A DNA stretch of 64,000 nt from a virus (taxonomy: Duplodnaviria; Caudoviricetes). Both the position numbers and the translations under genes were made by a program. This document shows, one piece after another, positions 1 to 7,464 of the stretch. The stretch lies in the IMG/VR virus record IMGVR_UViG_3300025410_000009; one strand, 5' to 3'. The notes below the pieces were generated by a model. That model searched no databases. It was not told the DNA's origin and saw only the letters and a program-made list of their open reading frames with translations. Position 1 is the first letter of the stretch; every line of letters starts with the position of its first letter.

Positions 1-119
1 TTTTCAGTCGAGACCACTATTTCACAGTCAGGCTGATACTTGTTGTACAAGGCTCTAACGATCCCGGTGGACAATATGACATCGCCCAAGGCCTGTTGGC
101 GTACTACCAAAATCTTCAT
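1..119 (-). CDS. Glycosyltransferase family 9 (heptosyltransferase-like), partial; 3' part runs off the window start
   Basis: Manual translation from ATG at 119 gives MKILVVRQQALGDVILSTGIVRALYNKYQPDCEIVVST, matching the WaaC/WaaF-type N-terminus (ILV...LGDV). ATGA overlap with the stop of the upstream methyltransferase. Not in the ORF track. Confidence 0.7.
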   Translation of the reverse strand, partial: MKILVVRQQALGDVILSTGIVRALYNKYQPDCEIVVSTE

Positions 120-1354
120 GTGGACTCTACGCTGACTCGAGGGAAGTAACGCAAGAATCGATCATGTTCGATACGACCACGTTCGGCCAGTATGCGATCG
201 CGTATCTCGTTATAGAAGTTCCAAGCTAAGGGTATGAACAAGATTGGCTGTGACTCAGGAATGGTCTTTAACACATCGATACCAACTACGGGCACATGAA
301 GTCCCGGGCTTACAAGACCCTGCTTCATGGGATTGTCATCAATGATCATGTCAGGGCTAATTTTGACAAAATTCAGCAAGGTATTGCCTTTGGCCGCAGC
401 ACCATATCCGATTATTTTATAATTGCGTTCATGGAACAACTCAAAATGCATTCGGGTGCGGAACGCTGTTTCGTTTACAGTACGACTCCAACTGCGATAA
501 GTTTCTATGTTGTACAAGCCGCTTAGTTTTTCCAATTGCACCTTGTTGTCAATTCGGCTGGGGTAGCTTTGGTTTACGCCCAACACAAACACATAGCTGG
601 TGCCGTGTATGGGTGTTTTTTGTACATCCACTAGATTGAATCCAGTACGAGCACACAGTCTACGCATACTTTCGATATTGTAGAAGTTGACGTGTTCATG
701 ATAGATGGTGTCAAATTCGTTGTTCAATACCATGTCCGATTGGCTGGTTTGAATAAAGAACAAGCCGTCAGGATTGATAATTTTACGTAGCGCAGTCAAG
801 TAGCCCACTGGATCGGGCACATGAGCAAAACTGTTTTGTGCCACCACAAGATCCATCTGACCATGCTGAGCCATAAACCGATCAGCTGAATCAGCATTAA
901 AGAAGTCACACATGATGGTGTGCTCTTGACTACTGGTGGGGTAGAGATTTTCAGCAGGGTCAATACCGTAGGTGTCTAGTCCCAACTGTTTGAAGTAGTG
1001 CAACTGTGTGCCGTCGTTGCAACCAATGTCCAGCACTCGACTGGGAGCGTCGTGAAAGTATTCACGTGCAAAGGTGGCAAACCACTCCATGTATTGGTGT
1101 TGAGTACGACTGGTACCGCTCACATACAAATAGTGTGTGTAAATCAAGCCAGGATCCACAGCATGTGTCAATTGCAAATGGCAGCAGTCATGACACACAT
1201 TTACCGCCAAGGGATAGAACGATTCGGGGTCGGTGGCGGTGGCCAAAAAATTATTGGCCAAGGGTTGATCGTTAAGGTCTAAGACCAATTCCAAATGATT
1301 GCCACCACAGGCCAAACATTCAGTCAAGTGTTTTGCTCCAGCAATATCTGTCAT
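116..1354 (-). CDS. NDP-hexose C-methyltransferase (TylCIII/NovU/TcaB9 type)
   Basis: Zn ligands CLAC...CHDC, SAM motif VLDIGCNDG, HEH and YGAAAKG motifs. Start moved to MTDIAG (1354), which has a GGAA RBS. Confidence 0.85.
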   Translation of the reverse strand: MTDIAGAKHLTECLACGGNHLELVLDLNDQPLANNFLATATDPESFYPLAVNVCHDCCHLQLTHAVDPGLIYTHYLYVSGTSRTQHQYMEWFATFAREYFHDAPSRVLDIGCNDGTQLHYFKQLGLDTYGIDPAENLYPTSSQEHTIMCDFFNADSADRFMAQHGQMDLVVAQNSFAHVPDPVGYLTALRKIINPDGLFFIQTSQSDMVLNNEFDTIYHEHVNFYNIESMRRLCARTGFNLVDVQKTPIHGTSYVFVLGVNQSYPSRIDNKVQLEKLSGLYNIETYRSWSRTVNETAFRTRMHFELFHERNYKIIGYGAAAKGNTLLNFVKISPDMIIDDNPMKQGLVSPGLHVPVVGIDVLKTIPESQPILFIPLAWNFYNEIRDRILAERGRIEHDRFLRYFPRVSVEST

Positions 1355-1355
1355 G

Positions 1356-2111
1356 TCAATTCCTAATAGGGGCACCGTTGGGGGCAATGTTACCAGTCAC
1401 ACCCATTACGTCTCGGTTAATGACCTTGTTGGCATCTAAAAATTTATACAGGCAGTGCTCGATGTCGGCATAACCGCCAGCGGCCAAACGCTCGTACATG
1501 TATTGCAAACTGTTTTCGTAGGCTTGGATGACTTCTTCGTTGAGTGTAGTGGGCCAAGACCAAAGACGACACATGTACTGTGCTTCAACCAGGGTCACCG
1601 AGTACGGAAACTGACTGGACTGTTTGTGACCAATCACCATGCTGTGTTGATTCTTGTAGTCATCATAGAAGCCGATATCAAAACGCTCGTCCAAGATGTA
1701 TCTGCCGCTGACCTTGAACACACGCTGAAACTCGCCCAGCATGTCAACATCACGTGTCAATTTCTTAAGTGCGTTACCAAAACACATGACTTCGGTCACA
1801 TTCTTGACCACGTCCCAGTTATCGGTACTGTTGTACAAGCCAACCACGTCGGGGTCGGTGGTGAAGTCAATCACGTGATCAACTTGAGCAGTCAAGGTTT
1901 CGGCTTGACTGGCTGTCAGTGACACTCCGGAAATTTCTAATAAGAAAATCTTACAACCTGGGATGCGCTCACGCACACTGGCAATGGTGTCCAGTGTTTG
2001 TGCTAGTCGTTGTTCTGAACTGTAAACACCAAACTTGGTGTTAATTGCGCTGGTAATGATTACCGCATATTGATTTACTTGCTGAGCCAACGTGTGTTCT
2101 CCAAGGTCCAT
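1356..2111 (-). CDS. Hypothetical protein, possible glycosyltransferase-like fold
   Basis: 251-aa ORF coupled between the dehydratase and the methyltransferase. N-terminal VIITSAIN...RLAQTLDTIASVRERIP resembles a GT-A start. The true start may be the TTG a few codons downstream. Confidence 0.45.
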   Translation of the reverse strand: MDLGEHTLAQQVNQYAVIITSAINTKFGVYSSEQRLAQTLDTIASVRERIPGCKIFLLEISGVSLTASQAETLTAQVDHVIDFTTDPDVVGLYNSTDNWDVVKNVTEVMCFGNALKKLTRDVDMLGEFQRVFKVSGRYILDERFDIGFYDDYKNQHSMVIGHKQSSQFPYSVTLVEAQYMCRLWSWPTTLNEEVIQAYENSLQYMYERLAAGGYADIEHCLYKFLDANKVINRDVMGVTGNIAPNGAPIRN

Positions 2112-3109
2112 TTTGTCATTTCTGTGATGCGATCACTCAACTTAATTTTTGGTTCCCAACCCAGGCTCTTTAACAAGCCACCATCAAGTGCATAACGCAA
2201 GTCATGTCCCGGGCGGCTGCCATGGAAGTCAACCATTTCATAGTTCAACACTTTGTCTTGTGCCTTGGCAATCATTTGAGCCAGGGTCAAGTTGTCAATT
2301 TCTTCAGTGCCCACCAAGTTGAATTTGGGGCAACGAGCATGACCATAGTCGCCATGATGTTTGTAATCTTTAAGTCCCAAGATAAACATCAAGCCTTCGG
2401 CTACATCTCGTGCATGAATGTACATGCGTGTGCCAGCATGGCGACGTGTGGGATCTGCGTGAATGTAGACTTTTTCTCCGTCTCGGGCACGTTGAATCAC
2501 CATGGGAATAAACTTCTCAGGGTGCTGGCGTTCGCCAAACACATTCATGGTATGAGTGACCACAATGGGCATTTTGTAAGTATTCTCATATGCCACACAG
2601 AATTCTTCAGCTGCCGCCTTTGAAGCTGAATACGGATTAGTTGAGTTGTATCTATCATATTCTTTATAGCTCACTCCGGGTGGTGCAACACCAAAAATTT
2701 CATCAGTTGAAAAATAAACAAAACGCTCTAGATTAGGCAAGTGTTTACGTGCATAGTCCAGCATGTTGACAGTGCCCACGGTGTTGTCTAACACAAATTC
2801 CATGGGGTATGTGATGCTACGATCCACGTGACTGCTGGCACCCAAATGCAACACGATGTCAATGGGACCAATGTCCTTGACAATCATTTCATTTAGTTCG
2901 GCCTTGAAGTCATGGAACACAATACGCAGACGTCCAGCAACGTCAACGGGATCATGCTCTTGTAGCATGTCGTGCAAGCGATTAAGGTTACCGGAAATGT
3001 CTAGTCGATCTAGACACACAATATTCCAGTCGGTGTCGGACAAGATTTTGTCGACCACATGGTGTGCAATAAAACCGGCACCACCGGTGATTAGTACGTT
3101 TTTGCTCAT
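2075..3109 (-). CDS. rmlB: NDP-glucose 4,6-dehydratase (extended SDR, RmlB-like)
   Basis: GGAGFI Rossmann motif, HVDRS, STDE, catalytic YSASK, RPGHDLRY. Confidence 0.85.
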   Translation of the reverse strand: MSKNVLITGGAGFIAHHVVDKILSDTDWNIVCLDRLDISGNLNRLHDMLQEHDPVDVAGRLRIVFHDFKAELNEMIVKDIGPIDIVLHLGASSHVDRSITYPMEFVLDNTVGTVNMLDYARKHLPNLERFVYFSTDEIFGVAPPGVSYKEYDRYNSTNPYSASKAAAEEFCVAYENTYKMPIVVTHTMNVFGERQHPEKFIPMVIQRARDGEKVYIHADPTRRHAGTRMYIHARDVAEGLMFILGLKDYKHHGDYGHARCPKFNLVGTEEIDNLTLAQMIAKAQDKVLNYEMVDFHGSRPGHDLRYALDGGLLKSLGWEPKIKLSDRITEMTKWTLENTRWLSK

Positions 3110-3134
3110 TGAAAATCTCAGTTGTATGTGTGTG

Positions 3135-3142
3135 TATTTAAG
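3135..3142 (-). promoter_or_regulatory. Putative T4-type late promoter CTTAAATA upstream of the sugar operon
   Basis: TAAATA core 26 nt upstream of the rmlB-like start, matching the motif seen before structural genes. Confidence 0.45.
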
Positions 3143-3173
3143 TATCTTGTGCAGGTGCCCAAGAATTTAACTA

Positions 3174-3326
3174 TCATGCAGCCGATTTGTTTGATTCCAA
3201 GTACTCTTTGATCACACGTAACGCTTTGCGACTGGTGTCGTATACATATTCTTTGGTTTCGTCTTCGGTAGTGACCACCAGAATAAAACCATTTGCGGCC
3301 TTGCGGATTTCGATTGATTCAAACAT
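3174..3326 (-). CDS. Small hypothetical protein, 50 aa
   Basis: Manual translation MFESIEIRKAANGFILVVTTEDETKEYVYDTSRKALRVIKEYLESNKSAA, with a GGAA RBS and its own sigma70-like promoter. Not in the ORF track. Confidence 0.7.
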   Translation of the reverse strand: MFESIEIRKAANGFILVVTTEDETKEYVYDTSRKALRVIKEYLESNKSAA

Positions 3327-3357
3327 GCAGATTCCTTATAGTATAGTGCAGTACTAT

Positions 3358-3386
3358 AGTATACTGTATCTAGTGTTAGCGGTCAA
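3358..3386 (-). promoter_or_regulatory. sigma70-type promoter TTGACC-N17-TATACT
   Basis: Near-consensus hexamers with a 17-nt spacer, upstream of the 50-aa ORF. Confidence 0.65.
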
Positions 3387-3390
3387 CCTA

Positions 3391-3855
3391 TTATTTTAAC
3401 TGTTTTACCATACGCACAAATTCAGGCACATACCCGTTGGCTTTGGCTATGTCCCGAATTCGTGTGTTATCAACGTGCAACATGCTGCCAGCACGAGTGC
3501 ACTTGTTGCGGCGTGCAGAAACTTCAAAAAATTGATGCAACTGGGCATACAACCCACGTCCTTGATATTGATTGTGTACATTAGTAAAAACAATCCAGGC
3601 CAAATCACTGTCAAATCTAAAGGTTATACTGGCTGCAATGGTGTCGCCATACTTGATATAGATTGTGGGATTGTTAGTAAACGGTACGGTACTGCCAATA
3701 GGCGCATGCCCGGCATCCAGCAGGTCGGCATACTGTCTCAATACTGTAGTATATAATGTGGGCACATCTTTGATACTACTGGTGTACCAAGCAGTATAGG
3801 TATCGCCCAATTTATCAGTCCCAGTTTTAATTTGAAAGTGAGTAATTTCAGTCAC
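3391..3855 (-). CDS. GNAT-family acyltransferase
   Basis: Motif A VHNQYQGRGLY, then N...A...GY; 8-nt overlap with the desaturase stop. Confidence 0.75.
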   Translation of the reverse strand: MTEITHFQIKTGTDKLGDTYTAWYTSSIKDVPTLYTTVLRQYADLLDAGHAPIGSTVPFTNNPTIYIKYGDTIAASITFRFDSDLAWIVFTNVHNQYQGRGLYAQLHQFFEVSARRNKCTRAGSMLHVDNTRIRDIAKANGYVPEFVRMVKQLK

Positions 3856-4657
3856 GGCGTGAGCGTCCTAATACAGGTAAAAATATAACACAGGGATCAA
3901 ACTCCCACCACCGACCACTGGTGCCGCGGCCAAAATCAAAATTGGCTGGTCTAGCATGATGATTGTTGTGCCAGCCTTGACCCCAGCCCAAATAGCCCAA
4001 TACAAAATTATTTTGGCTATGATCTCGAGTGTCGAAGTTTCTATAACCAATCAAGGCCTTGACATGTCCAAACACATTGACAGCATTGTCCTGCAATAGT
4101 CCAACCATGCCGGGAATGAAACACATGCTCATGGCCAAACGCCAATCGTACAGGGCAATCACGGCCGGTGTCAACCACAATATCTCGTAGCAGTACTTGT
4201 GAAAGAACACAAAATTGGGTTTCTTGAGTAAGTCAACTGCATATTTCAAATTGACCACATTGAATGTGTCACTGTTGATCCAGCCCATGAAGGCTTGCCA
4301 TCGGCTGTAGGCCACTGGGCTATGATAATCTTTTGCAGTATCAGCGTGGGGGTGATGATATCCTCGATGTAGTGCTACCCAAAAAATACAAGAACCCTGA
4401 CCCGACAAGGTGGCAAAGAATAGTATGATGTTTTCTTTCCAAGTGGGTATCACATGTGTTTTGTGACTAAAAATTCTATGATAACCCACAGCAATACCCA
4501 GTCCCGAAATCAAGCACCACATGATCAATGATGACCATAGGTATACCAAGGGTATGATGCCTATAGCAAACAACACCGTGGTCACCAGGCCCATGGTCAG
4601 CAAAGGTACCACGCCAAACCACATGCCGCGATTGACATTAAATCTATTAAAAAACAT
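3848..4657 (-). CDS. Membrane-bound delta-9-type fatty acid desaturase
   Basis: Three His boxes (HRIFSH, HRGYHH, HNNHH) plus hydrophobic TM segments. Start moved to the ATG at 4657, giving a TAATG overlap with the upstream stop. Confidence 0.9.
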   Translation of the reverse strand: MFFNRFNVNRGMWFGVVPLLTMGLVTTVLFAIGIIPLVYLWSSLIMWCLISGLGIAVGYHRIFSHKTHVIPTWKENIILFFATLSGQGSCIFWVALHRGYHHPHADTAKDYHSPVAYSRWQAFMGWINSDTFNVVNLKYAVDLLKKPNFVFFHKYCYEILWLTPAVIALYDWRLAMSMCFIPGMVGLLQDNAVNVFGHVKALIGYRNFDTRDHSQNNFVLGYLGWGQGWHNNHHARPANFDFGRGTSGRWWEFDPCVIFLPVLGRSRRD

Positions 4658-5253
4658 TATATGTTGCCCCCAATTGGTAATACTGTGCGGAATTCTTGTT
4701 TTAAAAAACTGCATCGCACAATACTGTCTGTGGGCAGCAGGCTACGCTTAAACAATAACTCCCAATCTCGATTGTAATAAGTTTTGTATTTAGCTGGTAC
4801 CATGTACTCGTCAACATAGTGATAACGATTGCTGTTGTATTCACTCCAGTACAGTCTACGTAGAATACGTGCATGGTCAGCATTGACCAAAGAATACACC
4901 TTTAATCTACCCTGTGCTTCTTGCATGGCAATAATGACATCCAAGATGTCTTTGAGTAGTGCATTGTTGCCATTGGATCTTGCCAGGGTATAGTACCAGC
5001 TGGGCTCATCGACACTGGTATAGTAACACACAAATGCATGCACGATACCCGCTTCGTCTATAGCACCATAGGCACCAAAGTTATTGAGATCACCAATATA
5101 GGCATTGCAAAATCTGTCGAATGTGGCATGAGCAAAAGTTTCGGGGTCAGTGTCCCACGTCTGTTGGTTTACCTCGGCACCCATGTATTTTTCATTGAAA
5201 AACAAATCGCGCACACCTGCACGATGTTCTTCGGTGAGCTTAACTATGTTCAT
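4657..5253 (-). CDS. Hypothetical protein, possibly GNAT-like fold
   Basis: N-terminal IVKLTEEHRAGVRDLF and AYGAIDEAGIVHAFV resemble the GNAT beta1-alpha1 and beta2-beta3 elements; no clear motif A. Confidence 0.45.
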   Translation of the reverse strand: MNIVKLTEEHRAGVRDLFFNEKYMGAEVNQQTWDTDPETFAHATFDRFCNAYIGDLNNFGAYGAIDEAGIVHAFVCYYTSVDEPSWYYTLARSNGNNALLKDILDVIIAMQEAQGRLKVYSLVNADHARILRRLYWSEYNSNRYHYVDEYMVPAKYKTYYNRDWELLFKRSLLPTDSIVRCSFLKQEFRTVLPIGGNI

Positions 5254-6169
5254 GATCAATTCCCAATTGTTTGTATAATTCAGTTAAAGGTATGCCGTCA
5301 AGACTGGATTCTAATCTACGCACATGAGTTTGGTTCAGCGTATTGTAGGTTTCTTCATTGAATCCCAGCAATTTTTCGTAGCCGGTGGTCTTGGCCTTGC
5401 GTATCAAGTTGGGCATGTACTGATACAGCACTGAATTTTTAGTGCTCACGCTGCCCAGCTTGTAATTGAATCTTTCACGGACCATGCTGGCTATTGTGGG
5501 ATGACGTAGATAATACACCATCATTTCAGGAGTATAGCTGAACCACTCGTTTACCAGTGGCAAATTGTATTTGAGGCTAAAGCGCATGGCGCTGGCATCT
5601 TCGTTTTCGCGAATCACATAGTACCAATAACTGTCGCCGTTGGCAGGTACTTGTCGACGCAACAGCATCTCACCACCCATCACAGCCGGTAGGCCCATTT
5701 TTTTAATTTGGTTGTAGACTGTGAGATAAGCCATCTGACGACAAGCAATCTCACCAGCAAATTCGGCTGCGGCGCCACTGCGGTAAAATTCTCGAATGTT
5801 GACGTCGGCTACTTCGAGCTCGAGATCTAGTTGTTCGCACACCAACCGTGCATTGATATAGTCAATGTTGTTGTAGCGATTTTCAAATCGTATGAATACT
5901 GCACGAGGTCGAACACCAATTTTGAGAAATGCACGTAGCACTATCTCACTGTCAGTCCCGCCCGAAAACATGACCACAAAATCTTTGCCAAATTGATCAC
6001 GCACAGCTTCGGCAGTACGATATTGTTCATTCAGCCAGTTGCTGGTACGTAGTTGGTCTGGGTCAACTGTACCCACTGCCACACGATAACGATCAGTGGG
6101 CCATTCTCTAGTGCCGTAAAGTCTATCTTCGATCCAGTATTTTAAATGATTGCCTAGGGTAAATTCCAT
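5240..6169 (-). CDS. PP-loop (adenine nucleotide alpha hydrolase-like) ATPase
   Basis: VVMFSGGTDSEIVL PP-loop motif; no glutamine amidotransferase domain. Confidence 0.75.
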   Translation of the reverse strand: MEFTLGNHLKYWIEDRLYGTREWPTDRYRVAVGTVDPDQLRTSNWLNEQYRTAEAVRDQFGKDFVVMFSGGTDSEIVLRAFLKIGVRPRAVFIRFENRYNNIDYINARLVCEQLDLELEVADVNIREFYRSGAAAEFAGEIACRQMAYLTVYNQIKKMGLPAVMGGEMLLRRQVPANGDSYWYYVIRENEDASAMRFSLKYNLPLVNEWFSYTPEMMVYYLRHPTIASMVRERFNYKLGSVSTKNSVLYQYMPNLIRKAKTTGYEKLLGFNEETYNTLNQTHVRRLESSLDGIPLTELYKQLGIDHEHS

Positions 6170-6183
6170 GTCAAATCATTTTC

Positions 6184-6408
6184 TTAGATCAAAACCATCA
6201 GATCCCCAAAAGTCACTGGTGCAGAATCAGGATCGGGAATTTCACGTCCCAGAGTCTCTTCGATCCACATTTGCAGTTCAATCGAATCTAGGCTATCTAG
6301 TCCCACATCAGTCAATTTGACTTCGGGTGTGATTTCCACAGTCAGCGGTTTCTTTTTAACTGCTTCTAGGCCTTTTATGATTAACTCGAGTTTTTCAGTA
6401 TCAGTCAT
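6184..6408 (-). CDS. Acyl carrier protein
   Basis: 74-aa acidic protein with the phosphopantetheine site GLDSLD, then IELQMWIEE and TFGDL helices typical of AcpP. Confidence 0.88.
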   Translation of the reverse strand: MTDTEKLELIIKGLEAVKKKPLTVEITPEVKLTDVGLDSLDSIELQMWIEETLGREIPDPDSAPVTFGDLMVLI

Positions 6409-6423
6409 GATGTTCCTTGTTGA

Positions 6424-7035
6424 TCAAATATTTATTTGACCCCGGCTCCATGCTTGTAATTCAGCCAAGTTGATTTGACTGTCGGTTTGACACACTGGCT
6501 TTATCACACACCATTGCGGTGTCGATCGTATACGTACTTGTTTTTCAACAGCCACACAGTCGTCCCACCACGAACTCCAACCGCGGGTGACTCGATACAG
6601 CCCACGTGCCACTGCCACATGCAGGCCTCGATTGTAGTCATTGAATGTCAACAACATAAAATTACAACCACGCTCACGTGCCCAAATCAACTGTTGATCA
6701 AGAAATTGACTGGGCAATTGCTGTGTTCTATGTTGGTCGGTGATCCATATACGTATGCCACCAATGGCCCAGGCCTGGGTATTTTCAGGATACTCTACAC
6801 AACTCACTGCCACAATTTGGTTGCTGTGCTCGGCCACATAAATGGCGCCTTGATCGCTGTTCCACCGCAGTTGATTTTTTATGTTGTACAGCAGGCCGGC
6901 TGTGGAATCCATGCCCATGTTTGCCGCTGCCGGCTCAGTGCTGTTGGCAATTTCCTGATTGACAAAGTCTGACAGCTTGGAAAATTCTGTGTCAGTGATG
7001 GTGTTGCTGGTAGTGGACCAGAATGTGTAATTCAT
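6424..7035 (-). CDS. GNAT-family acyltransferase
   Basis: IYVAEHSNQIVAV, RIWITDQHRTQQL (motif A-like), TFNDYN. Start moved to MNYTFW (7035) because the longer ORF runs into the tRNA. Confidence 0.7.
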   Translation of the reverse strand: MNYTFWSTTSNTITDTEFSKLSDFVNQEIANSTEPAAANMGMDSTAGLLYNIKNQLRWNSDQGAIYVAEHSNQIVAVSCVEYPENTQAWAIGGIRIWITDQHRTQQLPSQFLDQQLIWARERGCNFMLLTFNDYNRGLHVAVARGLYRVTRGWSSWWDDCVAVEKQVRIRSTPQWCVIKPVCQTDSQINLAELQAWSRGQINI

Positions 7036-7041
7036 GTTGTA

Positions 7042-7339
7042 TGGTGCTCCGAGCCAGACTCGAACCGGCACGCCTTTCGGCGAGAGATTTTCTTACCACT
7101 ATAGCTTTCGCTACCTTTACAGTTTTGTGGTCTGGACTATACCTTCATCATAGCATCAATGCCTTAGATGCCCGCCGTCTAGTCTCTACACGTTCAAAAG
7201 TATTTCTACTTAGGCTTCGCTCGGTATTAGCATTTTACAGCCTTCACCGAATTTGACGGGTTCTACTCCTATCGTTTCCAATAGGGCACTCAAATTTTAC
7301 TCTCAAGTCTCTTGTGTCTACCTATTTCACCATCAGAGC
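7042..7339 (-). tRNA. trnL-UAA: tRNA-Leu(UAA), split by a group I intron (exons 7339-7305 and 7091-7042; 85 nt after splicing)
   Basis: 5' exon GCTCTGATGGTGAAATAGGTAGACACAAGAGACTT; 3' exon AAAATCTCTCGCCGAAAGGCGTGCCGGTTCGAGTCTGGCTCGGAGCACCA. Acceptor stem GCTCTGA/TCGGAGC, anticodon stem AGAGA/TCTCT, loop CT-TAA-AA, long variable arm, encoded CCA. Confidence 0.92.
7092..7304 (-). ncRNA. Group I self-splicing intron (IC3/Azoarcus-like), 213 nt, no ORF
   Basis: Core elements AAATTCGGTGAA, AATACCGAGCGAAG, GTAGAGACTAGACGG and AAGGTATAGTCC. P7 GACTA/TAGTC; P3 CCCGTC/GGCGGG; IGS GAGT pairs with exon ACTT (U.G at the splice site); terminal omega-G at 7092; GAAA tetraloops in P2 and P9. Confidence 0.92.
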
Positions 7340-7346
7340 AATTAAA

Positions 7347-7423
7347 TGGTGCGCCCACTAGGACTTGAACCTAGGACCAATGGATTATGAGTCCACTGCT
7401 CTGACCAACTGAGCTATAGGCGC
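7347..7423 (-). tRNA. trnI-CAU: tRNA with CAU anticodon, most likely tRNA-Ile2 (lysidine type)
   Basis: GCGCCTATAGCTCAGTTGGTCAGAGCAGTGGACTCATAATCCATTGGTCCTAGGTTCAAGTCCTAGTGGGCGCACCA forms a full cloverleaf with CCA. The GACTCATAATC anticodon arm is like bacterial Ile2; elongator Met cannot be excluded. Confidence 0.88.
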
Positions 7424-7435
7424 TACTAAGTGTTA

Positions 7436-7464
7436 ATTATAGCACTAGGTGTGCGTGGTGTCAA
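7436..7464 (-). promoter_or_regulatory. Consensus sigma70 promoter TTGACA-N17-TATAAT driving the tRNAs and probably the ACP cluster
   Basis: Perfect hexamers with a 17-nt spacer, 12 nt upstream of the CAU tRNA. Confidence 0.85.

Noticed and set aside
3187-3399. 70-aa plus-strand ORF from the track
   Set aside because: It is antisense to a better-supported 50-aa minus-strand ORF with its own RBS and promoter.
5240-6169. Annotating the PP-loop protein as TilS, QueC or asparagine synthetase
   Set aside because: Only the SGGxDS motif is shared. The TilS H..DD motif, the QueC Zn-Cys cluster and the AsnB glutaminase domain are not visible.
7023-7256. 77-aa plus-strand ORF, and the N-terminal extension of the 6424-7071 ORF
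   Set aside because: Both overlap the tRNA-Leu exon and group I intron. The RNA structure explains the sequence, and the GNAT has a better start at 7035.
7092-7304. Homing endonuclease inside the intron
   Set aside because: The 213 nt are fully accounted for by the ribozyme core; there is no room for an ORF.
1-7464. Host chromosomal DNA (LPS and lipid genes, tRNAs) joined to a prophage
   Set aside because: No integrase or att site is visible, gene density and style are continuous with the phage part, and the same promoter motifs occur on both sides. A chimeric assembly would need read mapping to exclude fully.
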